IMG/VR virus record: IMGVR_UViG_2648501797_000005
Coordinates: 1-46,841 of that record
Reading direction: 5' to 3' (one strand)
DNA: 46,841 bases
Source of the DNA: a virus
Taxonomy: Duplodnaviria; Heunggongvirae; Uroviricota; Caudoviricetes
Under the pieces are notes generated by a model that saw only the letters and a program-made list of their open reading frames with translations, searched no databases and had not been told where the DNA came from. Every line of letters begins with the position of its first letter. Position 1 is the stretch's first letter. This document shows positions 31,563 through 40,966 of the stretch, piece by piece. The position numbers were made by a program, and so were the translations under genes.

Positions 31563-33014
31563 TCAGAATCCTCCTTTCTTCTTGGATTGCGGTTCCTCGC
31601 GTTCACGGCGGCGCATTTCAGCAGACTGTTGGTCTGTGTCATAAATAGCGCCATTTGCCTGAATGCAATACACCGTGCCGGTATTGCCATGACGATTGAG
31701 ACGAAGGATTAGTTCGGTTTCACCAGGTGGAACACTGTCATCAAAAGCACCTTCACGATGGATCCCCACCCAATAATCGCAATCCTGTTCAATCTGCCCT
31801 GTATCGCGCGAGTCACTTGGTAATGGGCGTTTATTGGTTCGGCTTTCCAGTGCGCGGTTAAGCTGTGTCAGAAGCACAACAACGCAATCAAGCTCTTTGG
31901 CAAGGTTCTTCAGTCCTTTGGTGATCATGCCGTAAGCAAGGTCGTTGCGATCGGCCTTCTCAGCGGTCATTAGTGTCAGGTAATCGACCAGAATCATGCC
32001 AACACATCCTTTTTCTCGCTTGATTCGACGGCTTTCGCTGACGATTTGAGCCAGAGATAATCCCGGCGTGTCGTCGATGTAAAGCATGTCGATTTCACTC
32101 AAGCGATTGGCTGTTTCGATCGCCCTGTTGAAGTCACCATCGTAATCACCCTGATAGCCGTCATCAGCGTCATTTGTCGCCGGAATGTAAAAAATATTCG
32201 GGTTAACACCTGACTTCTGTCCTACCAGCTTTTCCAGTATCTGGTCGCCAGGCATTTCAAGACTGAACATCAGAGCGGGCTTTTTCTCATGCACTGCGCA
32301 GTTGATTGCCATCTGGCTGTATAGCGTCGTTTTCCCCATCTTAGGGCGAGCGCCAATGACAAACAGAGAGCCTTTCACCAGACCTTTCGGTGACAGCATC
32401 CTGTCCAGCGATGGGATCCCTGTGCTCATTCCTCGTTGTTCGCCTGACGGGTCAAATCGCTTCTCAAGATCGCTAACCCAGTCTTCCATGACCTCACCAA
32501 ATGAGCGAAGGCCGCGACGCGATCCGGTTTTTGCATGGTCTGTCAGTTGCGTGAAAATCGACTGAATAGCTTCGTACTTCTGTGTTGCAGTCATTCCGTT
32601 GCGGGAATAGAGCAATTCCGTCGCTTCAGTCATGCGGTTGATGGCGTAGCGTTCCATTGCGGTTTCGCGAACCTGCATTGCATAAGCAACGATGTTTGCT
32701 GCGCTTGGCGTGTTCTTTGCGATCTCAGCGATATAAGCAAAACCGCCAACAGACGCCGTTAACGATTTACGCTCCAGCTCATCGAAAAGCGTCAGGCCAT
32801 CTACTGGCTTTTGCTCCCGGTGCATTCTGGTTATTTCTTCGAAAAGGATTTTGTGTGGTCGGCTGTAAAATGAATCAGGCTTCAGCATCGCCAGAACTTT
32901 CTGGACGCGCTCACTGCTGTCATCATCCAGAAGCAATCCACCAATCACCGCCTGCTCTGCCTCGATGCTATGGGGCGGCGCATAAAAATTATCGGTCATC
33001 GTGTTCACCCTCAC
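31563..33014 (-). CDS. replicative DNA helicase, DnaB family (P22 gene 12-like)
   Basis: Walker A GARPKMGKTT, DnaB-like N-terminal domain and RecA-like core. Confidence 0.85.
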   Translation of the reverse strand: MRVNTMTDNFYAPPHSIEAEQAVIGGLLLDDDSSERVQKVLAMLKPDSFYSRPHKILFEEITRMHREQKPVDGLTLFDELERKSLTASVGGFAYIAEIAKNTPSAANIVAYAMQVRETAMERYAINRMTEATELLYSRNGMTATQKYEAIQSIFTQLTDHAKTGSRRGLRSFGEVMEDWVSDLEKRFDPSGEQRGMSTGIPSLDRMLSPKGLVKGSLFVIGARPKMGKTTLYSQMAINCAVHEKKPALMFSLEMPGDQILEKLVGQKSGVNPNIFYIPATNDADDGYQGDYDGDFNRAIETANRLSEIDMLYIDDTPGLSLAQIVSESRRIKREKGCVGMILVDYLTLMTAEKADRNDLAYGMITKGLKNLAKELDCVVVLLTQLNRALESRTNKRPLPSDSRDTGQIEQDCDYWVGIHREGAFDDSVPPGETELILRLNRHGNTGTVYCIQANGAIYDTDQQSAEMRRREREEPQSKKKGGF

Positions 33015-33879
33015 GAACTTTCAGGTAGGTATTATCGTTAAGCAGGAAATCAAATCCCTTTTTGTGCCAGACGGTTCCGCGTTGATGGTTTGGACGCTCT
33101 TCGAACATCCATCGGCAATTTTCGCCTACGTAGCTCAAATAATTTCTCCAGTCCTGCATCGTGAACCCATGCCCGTCAAGCTGGCGGGTTATCACTCCGG
33201 CTTTGCGCCAGAACGTTCGGATCTGGTTTTTACGCTTGTCATTCAGTGCGCGGATTCTTGGCGCTTCAGGAAGGATTTCGTGGTAAGCATCGACAACATC
33301 CTGACAGCTAACGGAAGGTTTTTTCTTGTCAGACTTTTTGTCTGCTGCGGTACTCTCTAATACGTCAGTATTAGAGATATTATTTATATTATTGTTTATG
33401 GACAACCGTTGGACAACCGTTGGACAATCTCCTCTGAGAGCCGCGCCATTACTGGTGTTTGCGTTGGACAACCGTTGGACAACCGTTGGACAATTTTTTG
33501 CCTGAAAATCGTCATATTTAACGATTGTAAACAGGCTAAATTTCTTCCCCATCGAGCAAATATTAAGCATCCCTTTCGACTCAAAAGTCCGCAATAAGCT
33601 CCGAACTTTGTTGTCGGGGATGAATGTTTCTCTGACCAGCGACGGGCGTCCAGTTATCATCTGACCGCGATCAACAGTTATCGGCCCGATATCCGTATTG
33701 ACGACAGTAGATTTGTGATTAGCCTTGAGGATTAAGTGAAGCCAAAGATGTACTGCCTGAGAGTCCTTATAGAGCCTGCTGTCCATAAACTGGCGGTGTA
33801 TAGAGACATACCCCATACTGGATGCCTCCTGATGTTGTACAGGGTTATGCCTGTAATCAGCTAACTTAACGACGCCCAT
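32989..33879 (-). CDS. replication initiator, O-like, with origin iterons inside the coding sequence
   Basis: Position after cII; encloses the iteron array and AT-rich tract; not lambda O sequence. Confidence 0.6.
   Translation of the reverse strand: MGVVKLADYRHNPVQHQEASSMGYVSIHRQFMDSRLYKDSQAVHLWLHLILKANHKSTVVNTDIGPITVDRGQMITGRPSLVRETFIPDNKVRSLLRTFESKGMLNICSMGKKFSLFTIVKYDDFQAKNCPTVVQRLSNANTSNGAALRGDCPTVVQRLSINNNINNISNTDVLESTAADKKSDKKKPSVSCQDVVDAYHEILPEAPRIRALNDKRKNQIRTFWRKAGVITRQLDGHGFTMQDWRNYLSYVGENCRWMFEERPNHQRGTVWHKKGFDFLLNDNTYLKVREGEHDDR
33400..33498. repeat. origin iterons: about six copies of an 11-bp direct repeat GGACAACCGTT in two clusters, next to an AT-rich tract (33371..33399)
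   Basis: Direct tandem repeats visible in sequence, inside the O-like gene, as in ori-lambda architecture. Confidence 0.65.
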
Positions 33880-34059
33880 GTTTCACTCCTGCTTTGGCTA
33901 GTCTGTAAACACCAACAAGGCGCTCTGCGAACGCCCTGTTATTTGCTGCGGCTACCACTAATCCCTCAGGTGAATCAGGGTGTCGAATCTCTTCTTTTTC
34001 CTGGTATTTCTTACGACGTTTTGTCATAATTACTCCTGTGGATTGATCCAGTAATTCCC

Positions 34060-34356
34060 TCAGAATTGCATATCAATTTGCTTAAAATCCTCGGTGGCGG
34101 CCGGGGATTTTTTCTTTGTGATTTCATCAAGCGCATACTTAAAAGCCCTGCTAATCGGACTGATGTCTGATGCCATTCCGAAAGCACACAAGACCGAAGC
34201 AATAAATCTCCAGTCCGTTCTGCTTATCTTCGATTCATGACAGCCAATCATCTTTGCCAGACCGCGCTGGGTAAGCGTTGACAGGTTGATGAGTAAATCA
34301 GTTTCTGCGCGATCAATTTCTCGCTGTGTTGGCTTGCTGTAACTTGCTTGTGTCAT
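34060..34356 (-). CDS. cII: CII-like transcriptional activator (diverged from lambda CII)
   Basis: Position after cro/nutR; C-terminus KKKSPAATE...QIDMQF resembles lambda CII C-terminus. Confidence 0.55.
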   Translation of the reverse strand: MTQASYSKPTQREIDRAETDLLINLSTLTQRGLAKMIGCHESKISRTDWRFIASVLCAFGMASDISPISRAFKYALDEITKKKSPAATEDFKQIDMQF

Positions 34357-34440
34357 TTGTTAATTTTCCAATAGTGAATAGTTAGTTGAAAGGTATGCGT
34401 GGAAACGCATATGGCCTTAGTTGGTCAGATATATTGGGAC

Positions 34441-34455
34441 TCGCTTTGTCAGCGA
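34441..34455 (-). promoter_or_regulatory. putative nutR boxB hairpin (P22-type)
   Basis: Minus-strand CGCTGACAAAGCG resembles the boxB at nutL; between cro and cII. Confidence 0.35.
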
Positions 34456-34493
34456 CGTAGGACGAATGTCCATTGTGAAAATAGCGGTGTTAC

Positions 34494-34703
<210 letters not shown>

Positions 34704-34720
34704 TTAGTACATGCAACCAT

Positions 34721-34784
34721 TATCACCGCTAGAGGTAAAATAGTCAACACGCACGGTGTTAGATATTTATCCCTTGCGGTGATA
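34721..34784. promoter_or_regulatory. right operator OR1 (34721..34737), OR2 (34745..34761), OR3 (34768..34784) with divergent pR and pRM
   Basis: 17-bp sites TATCACCGCTAGAGGTA, CAACACGCACGGTGTTA, TATCCCTTGCGGTGATA; OR2 and OR3 match lambda, OR1 differs at one position from my recalled lambda OR1. Confidence 0.8.
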
Positions 34785-34791
34785 GATTTAA

Positions 34792-35508
<717 letters not shown>

Positions 35509-35585
35509 GGCCAGCAACGAATCACAACAAACACATGGGGCGGCGGATTAAGGGTGATGGAGAATCGAAATAAGTTGAGGTCAAC

Positions 35586-35741
35586 ATGAACACGTTCAGC
35601 ATAATCGCGATACCTTTTTTTGCCCTTTCAGTGGTTCTGTTGACTCTTGGCGCTACCAGGAAGAACCAAGCCAGCTTCATCGTTGGCGGCGTGTTTATGG
35701 CGTCATGCGTGGTTAATGCCATTATCGGCATGTCTCTTTGA
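35586..35741 (+). CDS. small two-TM membrane peptide (51 aa) in the rex slot
   Basis: GAGG Shine-Dalgarno before ATG; MNTFSIIAIPFFALSVVLLTLGATRKNQASFIVGGVFMASCVVNAIIGMSL. Confidence 0.45.
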   Translation: MNTFSIIAIPFFALSVVLLTLGATRKNQASFIVGGVFMASCVVNAIIGMSL

Positions 35742-35933
35742 GCGCTATGAGATCAGGCATCCTCGTTACTTTGTCATGTGTGACAGCCTGGTATGCACTC
35801 TGCGAGCTTTGATGTGGTTTACCACTTTAATAGTCACCGTATCACTAAACTGATTAGCTTTACTCATACTCTTGTGGATTCGCTATTTCTGATGTCAATG
35901 CAAAAAAATACTAAGGAAACAAAAAGGATACTT

Positions 35934-36200
35934 ATGTCAGATAACACTATTAAAATCATACCTCAGCACATGACCGCCACATCAGTTCTTATTACGCCTG
36001 ATCGTGCTGAAACAATCATTACTTTTTACCGCCATGAATTTGAGCATCACATGCAGCCTGATGAGCAAGGAAAGAATAGCTTCCAAGTAAAAGTTGAGTT
36101 GACCCCTAACATGTCAGTCTCAATGAGCCCGGATCAAGCTGTTGCATTAGTAAAATCATTACAGGTAGCTCTCAGGGATAATGGGCTATGGAAAGACTGA
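35934..36200 (+). CDS. hypothetical soluble protein (88 aa) in the rex slot
   Basis: AGGA Shine-Dalgarno before ATG 35934 (track ORF opens at 35793); stop overlaps the next gene start. Confidence 0.45.
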   Translation: MSDNTIKIIPQHMTATSVLITPDRAETIITFYRHEFEHHMQPDEQGKNSFQVKVELTPNMSVSMSPDQAVALVKSLQVALRDNGLWKD

Positions 36201-36838
36201 AGCCAGTTTCTTCAGTTCAACCTACCTCAGGAACAACATCATCAGTTCTTCCAAGTATTATAGTTAGTGCAACCCTAGCAGCGACAACCGTTTCTCCTTA
36301 TGGGGATCCATCTCAGTACCAAAGTATTGGTATTGATGCTAAGGTATCAAATAGAGTTTCATACGCCATGGACGAAACGGGTTTGCGCCCAAGTAAGGAA
36401 GATGTAGCGATGAAGAGTGATACCCTGGAGGTAAGCGTGAGCGGAATGTCCAGAGAAGAACTTGACGCAAAGCTTTCACAAAACAAATCAGAGGTAGAGT
36501 CTATTGCTGCGGAAATGCGTCGCGAATCAGCTGACTTTAAAACCTATTATACTCAGCAATTTTCTTCTATTGAGAGAGGTATTGCTGAAATTAAAGGTGA
36601 AATCGGCGGTTTGAAAACGGGACTTACAACGACTCAGTGGGCGATGGCCGTTGGCTTGACTTTAGTTACTGTGATTCTGTCTGGCGTGATGTTAGCCTCA
36701 AGTTGGATTATCTCCGGCAATGACAAGTCACCATCAGTAACCAGCCCGGCTCCAATTATAATACAGGTACCGACACAGCAACCATTAACGAGCGCTCCAA
36801 CTAACCAATCGTCATCACAACAAGCTCCTAAGCAATAA
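36188..36838 (+). CDS. bitopic membrane protein (216 aa): coiled coil, single TM, Pro/Ser/Thr/Gln-rich tail
   Basis: Start overlaps upstream stop; TM WAMAVGLTLVTVILSGVMLASSWII; same strand and presumably same transcript as cI. Confidence 0.55.
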   Translation: MERLKPVSSVQPTSGTTSSVLPSIIVSATLAATTVSPYGDPSQYQSIGIDAKVSNRVSYAMDETGLRPSKEDVAMKSDTLEVSVSGMSREELDAKLSQNKSEVESIAAEMRRESADFKTYYTQQFSSIERGIAEIKGEIGGLKTGLTTTQWAMAVGLTLVTVILSGVMLASSWIISGNDKSPSVTSPAPIIIQVPTQQPLTSAPTNQSSSQQAPKQ

Positions 36839-36840
36839 AT

Positions 36841-36869
36841 AAACCCGGCCACCGCGCCGGGTTTTCTTT
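36841..36869 (+). terminator. intrinsic terminator closing the cI-cassette transcript
   Basis: ACCCGGCC...GCCGGGT hairpin followed by TTTTCTTT. Confidence 0.55.
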
Positions 36870-37020
36870 GCCTCACGTTCGCCCCAAAACACATAACCAA
36901 TTGTATTTATTTGAAAATTAATAGATACAACTCACTAAACATCGCAATTCAGATCTCTCGATCACCTCCCAAGCCACACACCCCTGCAAAAAAATAAATC
37001 TATATAAAAAACATACAGAT

Positions 37021-37083
37021 AACCATCTGCGGTGATAAATTATCTCTGGCGGTGTTGACATAAATACCACTGGCGGTGATACT
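37021..37083. promoter_or_regulatory. left operator OL3/OL2/OL1 with pL (-35 TTGACA 37055..37060, -10 GATACT 37078..37083)
   Basis: AACCATCTGCGGTGATA, TATCTCTGGCGGTGTTG, TACCACTGGCGGTGATA match lambda OL sites. Confidence 0.85.
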
Positions 37084-37151
37084 AAACACATCAGCAGGAC
37101 GCACTACTCACCAGGGCGGTGAATATACAACGATTCGAATATGAATCTACG

Positions 37152-37166
37152 GCGCTGACAAAGCGC
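37152..37166 (+). promoter_or_regulatory. nutL boxB, P22-type
   Basis: GCGCTGACAAAGCGC hairpin in the pL leader, matching the P22 boxB as I recall it. Confidence 0.5.
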
Positions 37167-37331
37167 AATAACCAAAGTGAACTTTGGGGTGTGGTGAAGG
37201 GTTCATGGACGGGAATATGTCGCACGTAAAGCGGCGAGGCCTGCGGGACTATTGCCGAATTGAAGTAGGCCGAAACAGGTCGAAATGGGTCTCCCACCTA
37301 CCACACCACCAAAGTTCATCAGGAGGTCTAT

Positions 37332-37715
37332 ATGACACGCAGAACTCAGTTCAAAGGCAATTCACGTTCTCGTCGTCGTGAGCGTTTAAAGGCAAAGGCA
37401 TTAGCTAACGGCGTACTGGCCCGCGAAGAAGCAATAAGTTCAGAAGTATTACACCGCCCTACTCTAAGCAGAGCGCAGATTCAGGCTAAAGGTACTCACG
37501 AAACGCCTGAGCGCATAGAAGACGCTAAGCCAATTAAGTTCATGGCACAGGACGTGATCTGGCAACAGAAAGAATACAGACGCAATCTGGAGAGAGCGGC
37601 CATTGTGTACGCGAATGAGTTTGGGCATAGGCAACCAGAAACTGGTGTATGTCTTCCAAATGTAGCTCTTTACGCGGCAGGCTACAGGAAATCAAAACAA
37701 CTGACAGCAAGGTGA
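37332..37715 (+). CDS. N-family antiterminator (P22 gene 24-like, not lambda N)
   Basis: First gene after pL; Arg-rich N-terminus (RRTQFKGNSRSRRRERLKAK); C-terminus VALYAAGYRKSKQLTAR resembles P22 gp24. Confidence 0.7.
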   Translation: MTRRTQFKGNSRSRRRERLKAKALANGVLAREEAISSEVLHRPTLSRAQIQAKGTHETPERIEDAKPIKFMAQDVIWQQKEYRRNLERAAIVYANEFGHRQPETGVCLPNVALYAAGYRKSKQLTAR

Positions 37716-37843
37716 CTTGTGTTGGTCGCCAGAAAATGAAATTAGGCAGCAAACCACTTATTTGAGGTGATATATGGAAGAAGAATTTGAAGAGTTCGAA
37801 GAGCATCCGCAGGATGTGATGGAACAATACCATGATTATCCGT

Positions 37844-38044
37844 ATGACTACGACTATTGATAAGAATCAATGGTGTGGACAATTCAAGCGATGCAATGGA
37901 TGCAAGCTGCAATCGGAATGCATGGTTAAGCCTGAAGAAATGTTTCCTGTAATGGAGAATGGGAAATATGTCGATAAATGGGCAATACGAACGACGGCAA
38001 TGATTGCCAGAGAACTTGGTAAACAGAATAACAAGGCTGCCTGA
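37844..38044 (+). CDS. ral: Ral restriction-alleviation protein
   Basis: MTTTIDKNQWCGQFKRCNGCKLQSECMVKPEEMFPVME... matches lambda Ral as recalled. Confidence 0.85.
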   Translation: MTTTIDKNQWCGQFKRCNGCKLQSECMVKPEEMFPVMENGKYVDKWAIRTTAMIARELGKQNNKAA

Positions 38045-38180
38045 TGGTGGCCTTTATTTTTGGCATAAACAACAGAATAAACACAGCACTGTGTATTCAT
38101 TCCAATGAGTGAATACACGGAGCAATGTCGCTCGTAACTAAACAGGAGCCGACTTGTTCTGATTATTGGAAATCTTCTTT

Positions 38181-38206
38181 GCCCTCCAGTGTGAGGGCAT
38201 TTTTTT
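38181..38206 (+). terminator. intrinsic terminator-like hairpin within the pL operon
   Basis: GCCCTC-cagtgt-GAGGGC followed by ATTTTTTTG. Confidence 0.4.
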
Positions 38207-38218
38207 GATGGAGGATAT

Positions 38219-39187
38219 ATGAGTGAAGTAACAGATTTAGTTGTTATTGAAAAAGCAAATGCAATGACTGTATTTCAGTCTGCCGACCAGATTGAAGAAA
38301 TCCTTCAAAGGGTTGAACGTGAAGTTATGTCCTTTGTGCCTGATATCACAACGGCAAAGGGCAGAAAGGAGATCGCTTCTCTGGCGTATAAAGTTGCGCA
38401 GACGAAAACATATCTCGATGGTCTTGGCAAAGACCTTGTTGCTGAACTGAAGGAAATTCCAAAGCTAATTGATGCCAACCGCAAGACAGTGCGTGATCGC
38501 CTTGATGAGCTGAAAGCCAAGGCGCGCCAGCCTCTTACTGATTATGAGGAGGAACAGGCACGGATTAAAGCCGAAGAAGAAGCTAAGGCAGCAGCTGAAG
38601 CTCTCGCAAAGCAAATTGAGTCTGACCATGAAATAGCGATTTTGATGGATCGCGAATTTGACCGCCAAAGAGAAGAGGCAAGACTCAAAGCGGAGCGGGA
38701 AAAGCGAGAGCATGAAGAACGCTTAAAAAGAGAAGCTGAAGAGAAAGCCAGAGCAGAAGCCGAAGCAAAGGCAAAAGCCGAAATTGAAGCAGCAGCAAGG
38801 CGAGAAGCAGAAGCTAAGGCCGCAGCGGAACGTGCAGAGCGTGAACGCATTGAAGCCGAGCAACGAGCACTGCGCGAAGCAAAAGAGGCAGCAGAACGAG
38901 CTGAAAGAGAAAAGCAGGCTGCAATTGAAGCAGAACGCAGAAAAGCACAGGAGGAGGCTGAACGAATCCGGCGCGAGGCTGAAGCAAAAGAGCAAGCCAG
39001 AATAGCAGAAGAAAAAAGAATCAAGGAAGAAGAAGAGCGTAGAGCAAAGGATAAAGCTCACCGGAAAGAAGTAAATAACAAAATACTTGCTGACCTTATC
39101 AAGGTTGGCGCATCAGAAGATGTTGCTAAAAATATCATAACAGCCATCGTAAAAGGCGAAGTATTCGCAACAAAAATAACCTACTAA
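38219..39187 (+). CDS. hypothetical protein (322 aa) with long Glu/Arg/Lys/Ala-rich coiled coil
   Basis: GGAGG Shine-Dalgarno; globular N- and C-terminal segments around a roughly 180-aa charged repeat region. Confidence 0.5.
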   Translation: MSEVTDLVVIEKANAMTVFQSADQIEEILQRVEREVMSFVPDITTAKGRKEIASLAYKVAQTKTYLDGLGKDLVAELKEIPKLIDANRKTVRDRLDELKAKARQPLTDYEEEQARIKAEEEAKAAAEALAKQIESDHEIAILMDREFDRQREEARLKAEREKREHEERLKREAEEKARAEAEAKAKAEIEAAARREAEAKAAAERAERERIEAEQRALREAKEAAERAEREKQAAIEAERRKAQEEAERIRREAEAKEQARIAEEKRIKEEEERRAKDKAHRKEVNNKILADLIKVGASEDVAKNIITAIVKGEVFATKITY

Positions 39188-39211
39188 TAAAACCAACATA
39201 AGGAACCACCC

Positions 39212-39343
39212 ATGATTTACGCAATCGCGGGAGGCGCTCGCATGGGTGCCTTCCAATTAAATGAATCTTTACTTGAACGAATCACCCGTAAATTACGTGA
39301 CGGATGGAAAAGAGTTGAGGTCTTATTATGCGCAATGAAATAG
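39212..39343 (+). CDS. cIII: CIII (FtsH inhibitor)
   Basis: MIYAIAGG...ESLLERITRKLRDGWKR central helix matches lambda CIII. Confidence 0.7.
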   Translation: MIYAIAGGARMGAFQLNESLLERITRKLRDGWKRVEVLLCAMK

Positions 39344-39480
39344 CCATCAATCACCAGATGCTTCGTGCAGCACAAAATAAAGCAGTAATAGCCAGATTTA
39401 TTGGTGATTCCAAAATGTGGCTTGAAGCAAATAAAGCGATGAAATCAGCTATCAACCTTCCGTGGTATCGCAGGAAATGA
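39328..39480 (+). CDS. Kil-like small protein (50 aa)
   Basis: Overlaps the cIII 3' end as lambda kil does; ARFIGDSKM resembles my recollection of lambda Kil. Confidence 0.4.
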   Translation: MRNEIAINHQMLRAAQNKAVIARFIGDSKMWLEANKAMKSAINLPWYRRK

Positions 39481-39555
39481 GTTTTACAGATAACTGGTCA
39501 GACGAAGAATTCATTCGTCAGATGAAAGAATTAATCGGTAACGAAGGAGATATTC

Positions 39556-39726
39556 ATGTCACTTGCAACCACAGTGAAGGAGAGCAAGTTACAGAGACGC
39601 ATGTACACGCAGAAAGCTCTCTGGTATCGCCATAATGGCGACCGCGAAGGAATGCGGGTATGCCTTAATTTGTCCCGAGTCGAAGTATTAAATCAGCGTT
39701 ATTTCCTTGGGCCGTGTCCATTCTGA
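39556..39726 (+). CDS. hypothetical small protein (56 aa)
   Basis: Strong AAGGAGAT Shine-Dalgarno; ends 8 nt before the annealing-protein gene. Confidence 0.35.
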   Translation: MSLATTVKESKLQRRMYTQKALWYRHNGDREGMRVCLNLSRVEVLNQRYFLGPCPF

Positions 39727-39734
39727 GGTGAATT

Positions 39735-40442
39735 ATGGATTTGAATAAATTCGATGAGCCATTCAGCCCTGAAGATATCGAATGGCGAATACAGCAAAGC
39801 GGTAAAACACGCGATGGCAAAGTGTGGGCTATGGTGCTGGCTTATGTCACGAACCGGGCAATCATGAAACGCCTGGACGATGTTTGCGGCAAAGCAGGAT
39901 GGCGCAATGAATACCGCGATATTCCCAACAACGGCGGCGTTGAATGCGGCATATCAATAAAGATTGATTCCGAATGGGTAACCAAATGGGATGCTGCTGA
40001 AAACACGCAGGTAGAAGCCGTCAAAGGTGGTCGTTCCGGTGCAATGAAGCGCGCTGCCGTTCAGTGGGGAATCGGTCGGTATCTGTATAACCTTGAGGAA
40101 GGTTTCGCACAAACATCTCTCGATAAAAAGCAGGGATGGCACAGGGCAAAACTCAAGGATGGAACAGGATTTTACTGGCTCCCTCCATCGCTGCCGGGAT
40201 GGGCAATACCAGCATCAGATAACAAACCATCACCAGAAAATACCAACCAGAAATCTCCATCGGTTGACTGCGAACAAATCCTGAAAGACTTCAGCGATTA
40301 TGTGTCAACAGAAACTGACAAGAAAAAACTCATCGAGCGTTATCAGCGTGACTGGCAATTAATGGCTGGCAACGAGGAGGCGCAGGCTAAATGCGTTCAG
40401 GTAATGAACATCAGAGTTAACGAACTAAAACAGGCGGCATAA
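39735..40442 (+). CDS. single-strand annealing protein, Rad52-like (Sak-type)
   Basis: EDIEWR...GWRNEY...KRAAVQWGIGRYLYNLEE pattern resembles Rad52-family phage proteins; occupies the bet position. Confidence 0.55.
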   Translation: MDLNKFDEPFSPEDIEWRIQQSGKTRDGKVWAMVLAYVTNRAIMKRLDDVCGKAGWRNEYRDIPNNGGVECGISIKIDSEWVTKWDAAENTQVEAVKGGRSGAMKRAAVQWGIGRYLYNLEEGFAQTSLDKKQGWHRAKLKDGTGFYWLPPSLPGWAIPASDNKPSPENTNQKSPSVDCEQILKDFSDYVSTETDKKKLIERYQRDWQLMAGNEEAQAKCVQVMNIRVNELKQAA

Positions 40443-40958
40443 ATGGCAAGCAGAGGCGTAAATAAGGTGATCATTATTGGTCGCCTTGGGCATGATCCAG
40501 AAATCAGATATTCACCATCAGGAACGGCATTTGCAAACCTTACAGTTGCTACGTCAGAACAATGGCGTGATAAGCAAACTGGAGAGCAAAAGGAGCAGAC
40601 GGAGTGGCACCGCGTGGTAATGAGCGGAAAACTGGCAGAAATTGCCAGCGAATATCTGCGAAAAGGCTCTGAGGTTTATCTTGAAGGAAAATTGCGGACA
40701 AGAAAATGGCAGGATCAAAGCGGACAGGATCGGTTCACTACCGAAGTCATCGTGGGCGTTGGTGGAACCATGCAAATGCTTGGTGGCAAGCAAGGAGGCA
40801 ATGAACAGTCTTCACCTCAGCGAAATGACGGTCAGCAACAAAGACAGCAACCTCAGCAGCAAGGGAATCACAGCGAACCACCTATGGATTTTGACGACGA
40901 TATCCCCTTTGCACCAGTAACTCTCCCTTTCCCTCGTCACGCTATTCACGCAATTTAA
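40443..40958 (+). CDS. ssb: single-stranded DNA-binding protein
   Basis: OB-fold N-terminus, Gly/Gln-rich linker, C-terminal DFDDDIPF tip. Confidence 0.9.
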   Translation: MASRGVNKVIIIGRLGHDPEIRYSPSGTAFANLTVATSEQWRDKQTGEQKEQTEWHRVVMSGKLAEIASEYLRKGSEVYLEGKLRTRKWQDQSGQDRFTTEVIVGVGGTMQMLGGKQGGNEQSSPQRNDGQQQRQQPQQQGNHSEPPMDFDDDIPFAPVTLPFPRHAIHAI

Positions 40959-40966
40959 GGACTTAC

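Noticed and set aside
33396-33597. Repeat array considered as CRISPR, plus two 62-aa ORFs spanning it
   Set aside because: Repeats are contiguous 11-bp direct repeats without spacers, inside the O-like gene next to an AT-rich tract: a replication origin, not CRISPR; the short ORFs are frame artefacts of the iterons
37540-37833. 97-aa minus-strand ORF considered as a sieB-like exclusion gene
   Set aside because: It is antisense to the 3' half of the N-like gene with no own ribosome-binding site; only 128 nt separate N and ral, leaving no room for an independent sieB-like gene
38465-39061. Minus-strand ORFs (82, 160, 112 aa) opposite the 322-aa coiled-coil gene
   Set aside because: Antisense reading of the Glu/Arg/Lys repeat DNA gives Ser/Cys/Phe-rich low-complexity ORFs; the sense gene has a proper Shine-Dalgarno and operon context
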